From IMG/VR virus record IMGVR_UViG_3300028048_000130, positions 7,727 to 71,726 of that record: DNA of 64,000 bases; one strand, 5' to 3'. A program made the position numbers and the translations under genes. This DNA comes from a virus (taxonomy: Duplodnaviria > Caudoviricetes). The notes under the pieces were generated by a model, which saw nothing but the letters and a program-made list of their open reading frames with translations, was not told where the DNA came from and did not search any database. Below are positions 20,601-31,700 of this stretch, in pieces; position 1 is the stretch's first letter; every line of letters starts with the position of its first letter.

Positions 20601-23600
20601 TTGAAATTGATTCTAGCACCATTGACGCGTTTTACAGATTAAAGGTTGCTAATCTACAAAGCGCTCAAGAAGCTATAACCGGCGGCGTTGGCTCCATTAT
20701 TGATCAGTCTACCTACAATCTTCTAATGGCTGCTAGTGCATTACATAAAGATAAAGAGGTCAACTTTAATGCTGACCAAATTGGCAAAACTGGAAAATAT
20801 GTAATCACTTCCGTTGGCGATATGGTCGATGTTTATCAAGCTATCTACAACGAAATGGTTGAATCAAACGTCTCCACAACCGCCGAGCTAAACGCCGCAT
20901 ATGCCAAAGTTCTCGAAGCTGGCGAGTCCGAAGATTCAGCAATGGTTTCCGCGCTATCGGATGCCGCAGGAATGACATACACCAGACTGGGAGAGATCCT
21001 AGCTGAACAAGGCTATCAACTGACTCAAGAGTTAGTAAATAGCTTATCAGACGCGAATATCATTCAGAAAATTGGTACTAAAAAAATTCGAATCACTGAT
21101 TTCGATGCATTTGCCAAAGCCATGGGCTGGGTTGACCATAATTCTGAAGAGTATACATCTGCACTGCGTTCGTACAATGATTCCTTAATTGAGATCAATA
21201 ATCACGCGAAGTCTAATATCATTGAGGAAACCAATAACCTAATGTCTGCTAAAGGTGGAGATTGGGTTAATCTAAGTCAAATTTTCTCTGACCTCGACGA
21301 AAAATGGGAGGAATTTTACAGAGAAAGATACTTACCAAAAGACTTTAATGGTCGCGCTTTCTTAGCACAAGATTTTGGTAAAGGTGCAAAAAATCTTGGA
21401 CTTGCTTTCTCTTCTATAACAGAAGCTGGTGAAATACTTTCTGACGAACAACTTACCGAATACGTACGGGATATAGTTGCTCAAAGCGATGGTACGATAG
21501 AGAGTATGAAAGCTATAGATTCTGCTGTCAATGGCGGCAAAAATTTAATGCTGGATGCTACTCAATTGGCAGAAGACTTAGAACGAAATGAAGCATTAGC
21601 TCAAGAAAGTATGCGTGCATTTGGCAAGCAGACGGGCCAAGAGAATTTGGATTTCCTAACTCTCATTGGCAATGAACGCGTTTCTCCATTGAAGAAACTA
21701 AATGCAATATTAAGCCAATATGGTGCTTCACTAGAAAACGGTATTCTAAAGATTCAAGAAGGCGCGAATGTTCCGGCTATTATTCGTACTGTTACGGATA
21801 GCGTTGAAGCTTACGCAGACCTTTCCGCTGAAGAAACCGCAAAACTACTAGACTCTCTTAATGAAAGCCTTAAACAATACGTTAACCTACTAACCAATGG
21901 TATTGGCGGAAAACTTAACAATCAACAGGCAAGTCAGCTAAGCACTTGGGCGAAAACACTAGGCATTGATTTAACCTTTACTGAAACGATTGACGGACTA
22001 AAGATTAGCCGCTATGAAGCGGAACAACTTTATGAAGTCCTTAAAGGCATTGATGAAGTCCAAGCGCAAATAGCGTTCAAGAGTCTAAAAGAAGCCTTCG
22101 AAGAAGCTGGGGCAGAATGCGAAAATATTTCCGTAACGATGGCTTCCATCGCAAAAATCCAGGAACAAATTGCAAAAGCCGAAGGCGATACTTCTGGACT
22201 GCAAAAGCGTCTATCTCTATATCAGGAAATCGCGCGAGTTCAGAGTGCCGATCCTGATCAGTACAAGTTTATGGACCGTAAGCTACCCGATGGTATGCAA
22301 GGCCCCGTCAACTCTTGGAATGCCGTTGGCAAGATGCTCACAACCTTAGACGAGGTCGCATCTGCTTCTGGAGACGAAAAAGGTCTGTTAGACGTCACAG
22401 CGTTCTATAATATCGCAAATGAGATGAATAATCTTGCCGCGACTATGGGACATTCAATGACGGTTTTCGGCATGACTGTTGATGGCTCTGCTGAATCTGC
22501 GGCTGCCCTAATAGAAAAAGGTTTTAGCACCTTAAAGAACGTAGATGGCAAAGGCGTTAAGGTTGCACTTAACGAGTGGGGTATAGACTTCTCCGCGGGC
22601 GCAGAAGGCATGATTAAAGGCGTTGATGAGGGTATCAAAGCTTTCGCGAAGTCGCAAATTCAGATGCTTGATGCCGCAATTCAGATGCTTGAAGCACTTG
22701 TCGCGTTTGAGAAGCTAGGCGATATTGACATCAATAATGACGGCGTGTTCAATATGAAGGACATGTTTAATTTTGATGAGAACAATGAGCCTATAGCTGA
22801 ATACACCGCCGGATTCCAAGCTAAGCGAGATGAGATTCTAAAAGCCAGTGAAGCTAATAAAGATCTTCAGAAAGCTTTGGATAATTTCCGTATCAGAAAT
22901 GTTACACTACGCCAACTGTTGACTTTAAGCGCGCAAGAACTAAAGAATTTAGGTTTTACTCTTGACGACCAATATAAAATTTATAAGTATATCAGCGATA
23001 AAATCAAGAACGGCGATTTTAAAGGCGATTTAACTGATATACAGCAACTACAATTACTTTTCAAAGATTTTAATGAGCCAATTACAGTTGATACCGGTAG
23101 CCAGATAATCCAAATTAGCGGCCCAAGTAGTTATATAATTAACTATGAGCAAATCAGTGATGACGTACTTAAGAAGGCAATCGAGCAGGCTGGTGAAAAA
23201 TTCGATTCTCGTGAAAAGGCTATTGAACGTGTTAAACAAGTAGCTGCTGAATCTGCTCAAGGAAAGCCAATAACCGTAGCCTCACAGATTATGCTCGGTA
23301 TCACTAGCTTGCAGATTCAGTATGATGAAAATACCAAGACCTATATCGTAGGCGGAAAAGAATTCAAAGATCAAGCCCAAGCCGCGGTCGCACGTACTTT
23401 GATGAACGCTGGTATTGATCTTAAGAACACTACTTTCACAGATGACATGTGGAGTGGTTCTGGTGAGTCTCTCAGCGTCAAGGTTAAAAAGAAATTAAGC
23501 GATAATGTAGAGATTGAAATAACTGCTGGCGCGGATCAAAAGGTTACTTATTCTAGCGAAGGCTTAGGGTCATACGATAGCGAAGATAAGTTAATCGCAG

Positions 23601-26600
23601 AACTTGCTCGTCGGAAATTCTATCCAGAAGATAAAGAAAAAGAACGCGAAATAACTGCTGAAGATATCCACAAATACAAAATTGAACAAGGTATTGAGCT
23701 AGCTGGTGACGTATCTTTTACTAATGAAGCGCAATTTAAAAACGCTACTCACGAACAAATCCAAAAATTAGTTCAAGCTGTAATAAATGCTCCAAAGACT
23801 GGAAATTATGGCGCGATTACGGCTGAAGCAAAGAATTTAGGTATTCAGGTTGATATAGGGCAAAAAGGTGAAGGTTTCGATCTCGCTGTTCAAGGACTAG
23901 AGAAACTAACTGGTCTATCATTTAAGGATGATAGTTTAAATACTCAACTAGTCGCTGTAAGCGAAGCAGTCAAATCACTCGGTGATGTTTCCTTAACTCA
24001 ATTCTCTACCGATTTTGCCGCGATTACTAATTCTCTTGTTACACTCCAGACACTTGACGCTACTAAAATAACTGCTATTTTTGAAGCCATATCTAAGCTT
24101 GGCGGCGGAAATACTGCGGAAGGTGGCGCAGCCGCCACAGTAAACTGGTCTGCCATCTCAGAACAGCTAAGTGGTATTAGTACAGCCATCGATGATGCCA
24201 CAAGCAGTCTAGAAGCTTTTAATGCGAAGATTGCTGAGATAAGCGGAAATGTTGATTCTCTACAGAAGAAGATTGAGGCTTTAAGCGCGTTACAGATTAA
24301 TCTTAAGGATAATGTAAATGATATTCAAACCAAGATTAAGAATATTACTGTTCCTCCAAAATCAGTAACTCTGTATGCGAACACCAATCCACTGCAAGAA
24401 GCCGTTAATAAACTTGATCTAAAGACAACGGTTACGGTCACCTATGCTAAAGTTCCCGTTCCCACGCCTACGCCTACTCCAACTCCGATGCCTACGCCAA
24501 ATAATCAATATACTTATGCTCATCGAGACACTAGAGCAAAAGGTAATACCGCATTAGCAAAAGGCACCTTAATGGGTGAACTTGGTCCCGAACTCTATGT
24601 ATCTGGTGGCCATTATTATGTTGCAGGTCAAAATGGTGCAGAATTTGTCAATCTGCCAGATGATGCCATTGTATTTAATCATCTACAGACTAAAAAGCTG
24701 TTAGAAGGCCGTAATATCAATGGACGTGGAGATCCTGTAACTTCTGAACGCGCGGCAACCTCTTTCGCAACAGGCAACGCGCGTGGAGACGCTATGGCTT
24801 CCGCTTCACAGGCTTTGGCCGCCTTAAAACAGATTCGTGCTATGTGGCAGTCAATGCTAGATGCTAGCATGAAGGATCTTGGAGCGAAAGCTAATTCTGG
24901 CGGTAAAGGTGGCGGAGGAGGTAGCAACAAAGGAAATAAAACCAACGCGGCATTTATCGCAGACCTAGAACGCTGGTATAACTTACTTCGTCAAATTGCT
25001 AAACTAGAGTCTAAGATAAACTATGAAGAACAACTTCGTAGCAAGATCTCTAGTGATATGATCCAGAATGGAACCGCATATTACGATAGCCAAAAGCGCA
25101 CTCTTGATTATCTAGATCAGCAAATCGCGCGTCAGCGTGAATTGTCTAATCTACAAAAGAGTTATTATGATGCTCGTCGTCAGGATCTAGCTACTTCTAA
25201 TTATGGTAAAATCTTTACCTTCAATGATGAAGGCTTGATGCAATACAACGACGAAGCTCGAATGGCTAATGGCGATCGTGGTGGCTTATTCGCACTTGCG
25301 GAAATTATACGTCAGAATCCAGACGGTTCTAGTGTCTACACTGCTCAACAGCAATACGAGATTCTAAAATCTTGGGGCTTCGAGCAGGATATGAAGTATG
25401 ATGATAAAGGCAAGGAAATTGTATATGACGAAAATAGTAAAAATGCTGATGACTACTATACTAAGTCTGTGCAAGCGTTCTGGGATAAAGTTGACGCATG
25501 GAAAGAAGAGCTTGATGGTCTATATGACGATTACAATACTAAGTTAACTGAAATTCTTGAGAATGAAGATCAGCGCAATAAAATTCTTCAAGAAATGATC
25601 GATAATCAAATTTCTCTAGAGCAAAAAGTCGTGAAAGCGATTGAAGATAGAGAGCAAAAGATTATTGATGAATTCGAAGATACAATGGAAGCTCTACAGG
25701 ATAGCGCTGACAAGATGATTGACGGATTAAACGATCAGTTAGATAAAGAACGTCAGATGTACGAAAACAATAACAATGCGTCCGAAACCGAAAGGCTTCG
25801 CCGCCAGTTAGCAATTCTACAGCGTTCCGGCGGTTCTGCTTCTCAAATTCGTGATCTTCAGAATCAAATAGCTGATCGTGATCGTGAAGCTTACTTTGAA
25901 GCACAACAACAGCAAATTGATGCCATTCAACAAGCCTCTGAGCTAGAGATTGAACGTCTTGATGCGCAACTTAATGTCATGACTGAAGCACTGGAGTACC
26001 AAAAAGAGAACGGACTACTTTGGCAGGAAGTTTATCAGGTCATGAGCCTGTCTCGCGATGAGATAGCTAATTTCATCATGACTAATGGTTCTGAATGGGC
26101 GCCAAAATCCAGTGTGCAAATTGACAATGATCTAAATTCTCTACGCTCTTCAATTGAACAGTGGATCGCGCGCCGAGAAGATAACGATCCTGTCGCGGCT
26201 GATGCGCAACATAATTGGAATAACTATCTAGCAAGCTCCGCGCACCGTTACGGAAAAGTCCTCGACCAAGGCACAATCGAGCTAGCGAAAGCGGCTTATG
26301 ATTCTGCCTATAAAACAACCTCTGATCCTAATCGCGCGGCTGAAGCGGCGGATAAGATTCTACAGACTAAGTTGGATGAATATTTTGCAAAAAATCCATC
26401 GGCTATGCCGCAACGGCCCGAGCCAAAGAATATCCCAACTACAACTACTACTCCTACAACTAAATCTAATGATGACGATAGCAGTAGCAAGAAGAGTAGC
26501 GGAAGCGGTGGATCTGGCGGTAGCTCTACGAGTTCTACCAAGAAAAGTTCCAGTTCTGGTGGCGGTTGGCACTATCAGCTGTATAATAATCATAAAGCTG

Positions 26601-27064
26601 AAGGCTCTCCTTCTGGTGCCTTTAAGACTCGTGAAGAGGCTCAAAAATACGGCGCGAAAGCGGCTAGAGACCATGGATATGGTTGGACATATGTCACTAA
26701 GTGGTTTAAAGAAGGCGGCCTAGACGATTACACTGGACTTGCAGTGATGCATGGAACAAAGACTCGTCCTGAAGCTGTCTTTAATGCTGAACAGACTAAA
26801 ATTCTACGTGATGATATTCTAAGTCCAAAGAGAACTTCGTTAATGTCAATGCTTAATTCATTACGCGGATACTTAGACACAGGAACGACTACTTCAATGG
26901 TATCTAACGAGAACAATTCAGCAGTAACAATTGACCACCTTGAATTCAATATGAATGCTTCCATTGCAAATGACTATGATGCACGACGTGCGGGCGAAAA
27001 CGCTATGGAAGAGATGGTAAAAATTGCCCGCAAAACAAGCATTCAAAGTTTAAGTAGGAGGTAA
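11608..27064 (+). CDS. Tape measure protein, spliced: join(11608..13446,14629..15171,16397..27064), about 4,349 aa
   Basis: Junctions restore TP901-type tape-measure text: LYYQQG|LQTVDVMALTEETLKLA and SSQRY|IATILAGNRQQSR; long helical body; MGELGPEL and FKEGGL motifs; followed by Dit-like gene. Confidence 0.88.
13458..13486 (+). promoter_or_regulatory. Sigma-A/70-type promoter inside intron 2 for the HNH ORF
   Basis: TTGACT-17 nt-TACAAT, followed by RBS AGAGGTG and GTG at 13512. Confidence 0.75.
13512..14334 (+). pseudogene. Double-HNH homing endonuclease broken by a +1 frameshift at A8 (13821-13828); 273 aa if one A is removed
   Basis: ORF 13512..13835 (HNH 1) and 13927..14334 (HNH 2 + NUMOD1) are joined by an open +1 frame from 13828 (IAKSKTPSTNGDLNKQWQPV...); architecture matches the intact intron 3 ORF. 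Confidence 0.75.
15332..15360 (+). promoter_or_regulatory. Possible weak promoter for intron 3 endonuclease
   Basis: TTAACA-17 nt-TATCTT with TG at extended -10 position; RBS AGGAGG downstream. Confidence 0.35.
15386..16231 (+). CDS. Intron-encoded double-HNH homing endonuclease
   Basis: Two HNH modules (IHRLVA..VHHKDHDRFNNNVDNLEW; VHNLVW..INHINGNKLDNRLSNLE) and C-terminal AGGYYWK. Confidence 0.88.
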   Translation: MEETDNMKTVFLDGEPTPFMITTTGLLYRSDTGNWYKPFEVCGYLSYHMKWKNKTYPRRIHRLVAEAFIPNPENKPFVHHKDHDRFNNNVDNLEWATVEENNNDKLSMKQQPIVNCEFDYTREEWKQYEDTQFYVSNMGRIKNIITKNILKGNVRENGYLRVGLRFGKKELKSFNVHNLVWLVWRGPQKGVINHINGNKLDNRLSNLEDISQSENILKATYENKTRNAMQVGQYDDKNNLLNIYASQVRAEKALNLSSGSICRAIVSGRKAGGYYWKKITE

Positions 27065-27066
27065 CT

Positions 27067-28692
27067 ATGGAAGTATATAGAGATATTGGACGAGTAGATG
27101 GTGGGCCGGTGGTATCTATTGCCGCCGATCCCACTCATTACTCACAAGTGTATCGGGCAACACATGATGGGGCAGGCAAACGCCTGCCCTTCATGGAGCG
27201 TTCTTTTATTAGTTTCTCGTTTGGTGGGCGATGGATTGAGGATTATGGGTTTATTGTGGTCTCCGATGGGACTAGGTATTCGCGCCCACTGTTCTCGGAA
27301 TTCGCACATAGTATTACTGATCTCGATATCATTGATGGGCAAATCTATTGGGGTACTCATTATAATGCTAATTCTCTTTCGTTAACACTAGCGACAGACG
27401 GCATTGAAGATTCATTACTAGATGAATTTAAGAGATGGTTTGCGCCGCATAATACTCGCGAACTTATCCTGTCTGAGCACCCATATCGAGCAATTCTTGC
27501 ACGTCTGTCTAGCGTACCAGAATTCAGTACTTATGTTACTAAAAGAGAAGTTACGAAGAAAATTGGTGGCATGGAGTACAAAACATACACAACTCTTCAT
27601 CGCGGTACTGTCACGTTAGAGTTTATTATGGACGATCCATTTTGGTATTCTATTGAAAATATTATGTGCTATAAAAAGTCAGATGGTACAATAGATTATG
27701 ATAAATGGATAAATGCTAATGGTGAACCTGCGTATGTACTGGAAGATCGTGATGCCATTAAAGTGGTAACGGAAGACGGTGTACCTGTTAATACTATGCT
27801 TAAAATGAACAATATGACTTTTGGCAATGGTACCATCGCGGCAGATTCTGCGGCCTCACGGAAAACGATGGTCGGCGCCGATGGCGATTCTCAATATGCC
27901 GATGTTGGCGCAACTCCTTCAGATACTAATCGCGGTATAATTGGTCCGCTAATTGTAGCAGGTACTAATTTCCCAGCAAATCAAAGTAATGCACAATACT
28001 TCTATTACGCTGGCACGGCCCCTTCCGCGCCAATCCTTAAATTTATACTAACTCCTGAACTTTCAAGTGACGAATACATTATTACTCCTTACAACGCAAT
28101 TAAGCCAACGAATAACTTAGATCATAATTCAATTTTTATTCACAGTACCGATGAAAAAGAATTTAAATTCACAACTCCTGGAATTTGGACAGGTTATAAT
28201 CAAGTAATTGATATTCTTTCAACCGCTGAAGAAGGAGTCTCTTGGGTGCAACTTAGAGAATATATTCGAGATAATGTAAAACACTTCGCGCCCCGTGCGT
28301 ATGGGATAAAGGTAATAGATTCTGTTAAGGGTCAATCTGTTAACGCTACGGCGGCTGCATTGTCGTCTGCCAAGAGCAGTATGCGTAATTTCCTCTTTGA
28401 CTTAAATGGTCAAATACTTACTATGTCATGTGAAATTGACTGTAGAACTGGACGCGCAAAAGGGACTAGCACTTACAGAACAAATACAGATACTTTAGTC
28501 ACCATCGAAGAAAATATTGGAGATATGGTGCGGTCAGATTACTTAAAGATAGAAGATAGGAATTTTCCTAGTGAAGAAGGATACATTGAGCAATGGACCG
28601 CAGCAACCCCTACAAATAGCCATCGTATTTATCACAATGTTCCAAATGGCCTAGGAGAGTTTGAAATCAAATATAAGTATATGTATTTGTAA
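27067..28692 (+). CDS. Distal tail (Dit)-like baseplate protein with insertion
   Basis: Immediately after TMP; SFSFGG, ELILSEHPYR and EFIMDDPFWYS motifs resemble Dit proteins; 541 aa implies inserted domains. Confidence 0.6.
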   Translation: MEVYRDIGRVDGGPVVSIAADPTHYSQVYRATHDGAGKRLPFMERSFISFSFGGRWIEDYGFIVVSDGTRYSRPLFSEFAHSITDLDIIDGQIYWGTHYNANSLSLTLATDGIEDSLLDEFKRWFAPHNTRELILSEHPYRAILARLSSVPEFSTYVTKREVTKKIGGMEYKTYTTLHRGTVTLEFIMDDPFWYSIENIMCYKKSDGTIDYDKWINANGEPAYVLEDRDAIKVVTEDGVPVNTMLKMNNMTFGNGTIAADSAASRKTMVGADGDSQYADVGATPSDTNRGIIGPLIVAGTNFPANQSNAQYFYYAGTAPSAPILKFILTPELSSDEYIITPYNAIKPTNNLDHNSIFIHSTDEKEFKFTTPGIWTGYNQVIDILSTAEEGVSWVQLREYIRDNVKHFAPRAYGIKVIDSVKGQSVNATAAALSSAKSSMRNFLFDLNGQILTMSCEIDCRTGRAKGTSTYRTNTDTLVTIEENIGDMVRSDYLKIEDRNFPSEEGYIEQWTAATPTNSHRIYHNVPNGLGEFEIKYKYMYL

Positions 28693-28713
28693 AAAGGAGG
28701 AAGAGACTAAGTA

Positions 28714-31700
28714 ATGGAAGGTATTAAGCGAAATTATGAAGTCTCTGTTTGGACGCTTCAGGATGACTTTATAGCTGTCCTGAAGCCTTCAAATTCGGAG
28801 TATAAAGGATTAGTAATGAGTGGAGAGGCAAACCTGAAAGATGATGGTACACAATCGTTTACTTTCTCCATTCCAATGTATATTTTTGATGGTGCACAAC
28901 GAATAGTTAACCCAACCTGGTATACTGTAAAAGATGGTACAGTTGCGGAAGCTATGCGCAAAGCCAAGTTAATTTTAAATAAGGGTACTGCGAACGAACG
29001 TATATTCGAATTCGATATTCTTAAAGTAAAAGAACGCCATACTGGTGATGAGCTATATTGTGATATTGAATGTAGCGGCTTAGCTTTTGAAGAGCTAGGT
29101 AAAATAGGTTATAAAATTTCGCTAAGTGGTGATAATTTTTATGAAGAGGATTACCAGTGGTTTACCCGCGCAACTGATGAAGAAGGCAACCTTCTAGTAC
29201 CAGACCAACCGCACGCGACAATTCAATATTGGAATAATAAATTTTTAACGGAATACCCAGCCAGCGGTCCAATTGATAGAAATGTCTGGTACTATCGTGT
29301 TGAAATTGATCATCGTGATGAAGGTTCAGCAATCTATAAAAAGATAAATAAAATTTATGAAGACGAGTATGTATCTTCATGGAATGATGATGGTCAAGCG
29401 CAAACGGTTGAGACATACAAGGAAAAAGAACGTATTATAGATATTGAAGAAAGCAATATTTATAATATAACACAAAAGATAGCAGAAACCTTTGGTGTTT
29501 TTTGCCGCTATGATTATATTCATGATAAAGACTATCATATCATTGGTCGTGTTGTTACTTATTATAATAGTTTCATAAAAGAGCAAGTAGGTTATTTAGA
29601 CATTACCTATCCCTTTAATACAAATGAAATTGAGCGAGAAAGGGATAGCTCAAATGTTACCACCAAGATGTTCGTGCGGCCAGTTGAAAGCAGTTTTAGC
29701 GACTCTAACTTAGCTACAATTGCAACTTCCAAGGCTAACAAATCTGGCGAAGACTATTTGCTAAACTTCGATTATCTATACTCTATTGGTACAATCTCAA
29801 AAGAACAGTACGATGAGATTGAAGTTTATGAAAATAAATTACATCTTCTAAATAAAGAGCTTGTTACTTTAAGTAATGAGTTAATTGATTTACAGAGTAA
29901 GAAGCCAGAAGTAGAAGCCAACAAAGAAATAGCTCAAAATTCAATCGATCTAGATAAAGAAGCTATAACCGCGTCGAATGCCTTATTTAACTCTATAACT
30001 AGCGACACTGGCAAAGTGGTAATAGGTAGCGCCGCGCCGGATTCGGTTGTTTTGCTTCAAGATTCTTCCGCGAATAGAGATGTTGAGACATTTTATTTTA
30101 AGATGCCTCGTCAAGGCATCATTCCTAACACGCTTAAAATATATTCTACTCATTCTTCTACCAGCGCGAATCCTCTAAGTGGTGAGCTAACTGGTCGTGT
30201 GATTTTAGATGAATTTGGATGCGCTAGTAAAGTGGTTGATATTGTAAAAGGATCATCTACTAGGTCTATTGTTTATTTAACCTATGAATATAGCCCATAC
30301 TTATACTATGAAAAAGTAAAGAAGACTTGGGAAAATAAGCTAGCGCAAGACCAAACTGATTTGGAAGTGTATACACAAGAACTTACTGATCTAGAAACTA
30401 AAATATCTACGAAGCAAGCTACCTATAATCAGAAGCTGCAAGAGAAAACTGAATTAGTTAAATCTTTCGAACGCATGATGGGCCCTGCATTGCGGGAAGG
30501 CTATTGGCAGCCAGAAGACTATGAAGATTATGGTGATAAACATATTGCATCTTTTACTCCTTCTAATGCAGATACAGAAGTAACAGACGATTCAGATGAT
30601 TTGTCCGCGTTTTTCTGGGATACGGAACTATTCGATGATGAGCAAGATTATAAATATAAAGTAGGCGTTGCATTAGAGACTCGATACTACTTAGCTATTG
30701 ATCTATCCAGCTGCTGGAATGCTATTAAAGATAAATTAGATAAGATTAGTTTTCTATTTTATGATTACGTATCTTCTTCTACCTATCCATATGCTCCGAA
30801 GAATATTCGCAGTTTTGCAATTGGCTCTAATTGTATTTTAGCTTTTGTAAAGAATGGCGCAACGCCAACTCCTGTTCTGTTGGTAACTGGCGCAAAAAAT
30901 CTAGCAGATTCGGAAATAACGAATATGCGCAATACTGCGCGTTTGGGTATTCTGACAAGTACGTATAACGCAACAGCCAAAAGAATAGACACGACAATTA
31001 CAGATGAAATTTTAGTAAATAATTCTTGGTTTACTTTAAGTGAGAATACACCTATTATCTATCCACGTATTAAAGTTAATTCATTATTACTGAAAAATAC
31101 AGAGGACCAATTGGCTCTTAAGTATGATGATATCTTAATAAAACAGTATGAAGATTACTATGTACTTACCCGCGATGACAGCTATTATATAACTGTTAAG
31201 CCCGATGTCTTCTTTCGATCTGGTAGTTACCAGAAACAATTAGACATTCAGTATTCAATTTCAAATGCAGATACCTCAATTTATCTTGATGCGCGGAAAA
31301 TCCATAAAGAGAACGCGTATCCTAAGGTAAGCTATGAGGTAAAGCTTGCCGCGGTTAATCCTGATTTCTTATATACAGACTATGATGCGATAGGCTATAT
31401 TTGCAATATAAATGATGAAGATTTAAAGCTGAGAAATGTACAAGGTTACATATCTGAAGTTACTTTAATTTTAGATAAAATCTATGAAGATTCCATCGTA
31501 TTGAAGAACTACAGAAATAAGTTTGAAGATCTCTTCTCTACAATTGTCGCGCAATCAGAGGAGATGAAGAAAAGCGCATATGCTATAAGCGTTTTAACTA
31601 GTGCAGTGACGGCTGACGGCGCGCTAACTCCCAACACAATGTCTGATAGTCTTCAGAATAATTTATCAATCTTCAATTCCTATTCTGCCGCAAATTTTGA

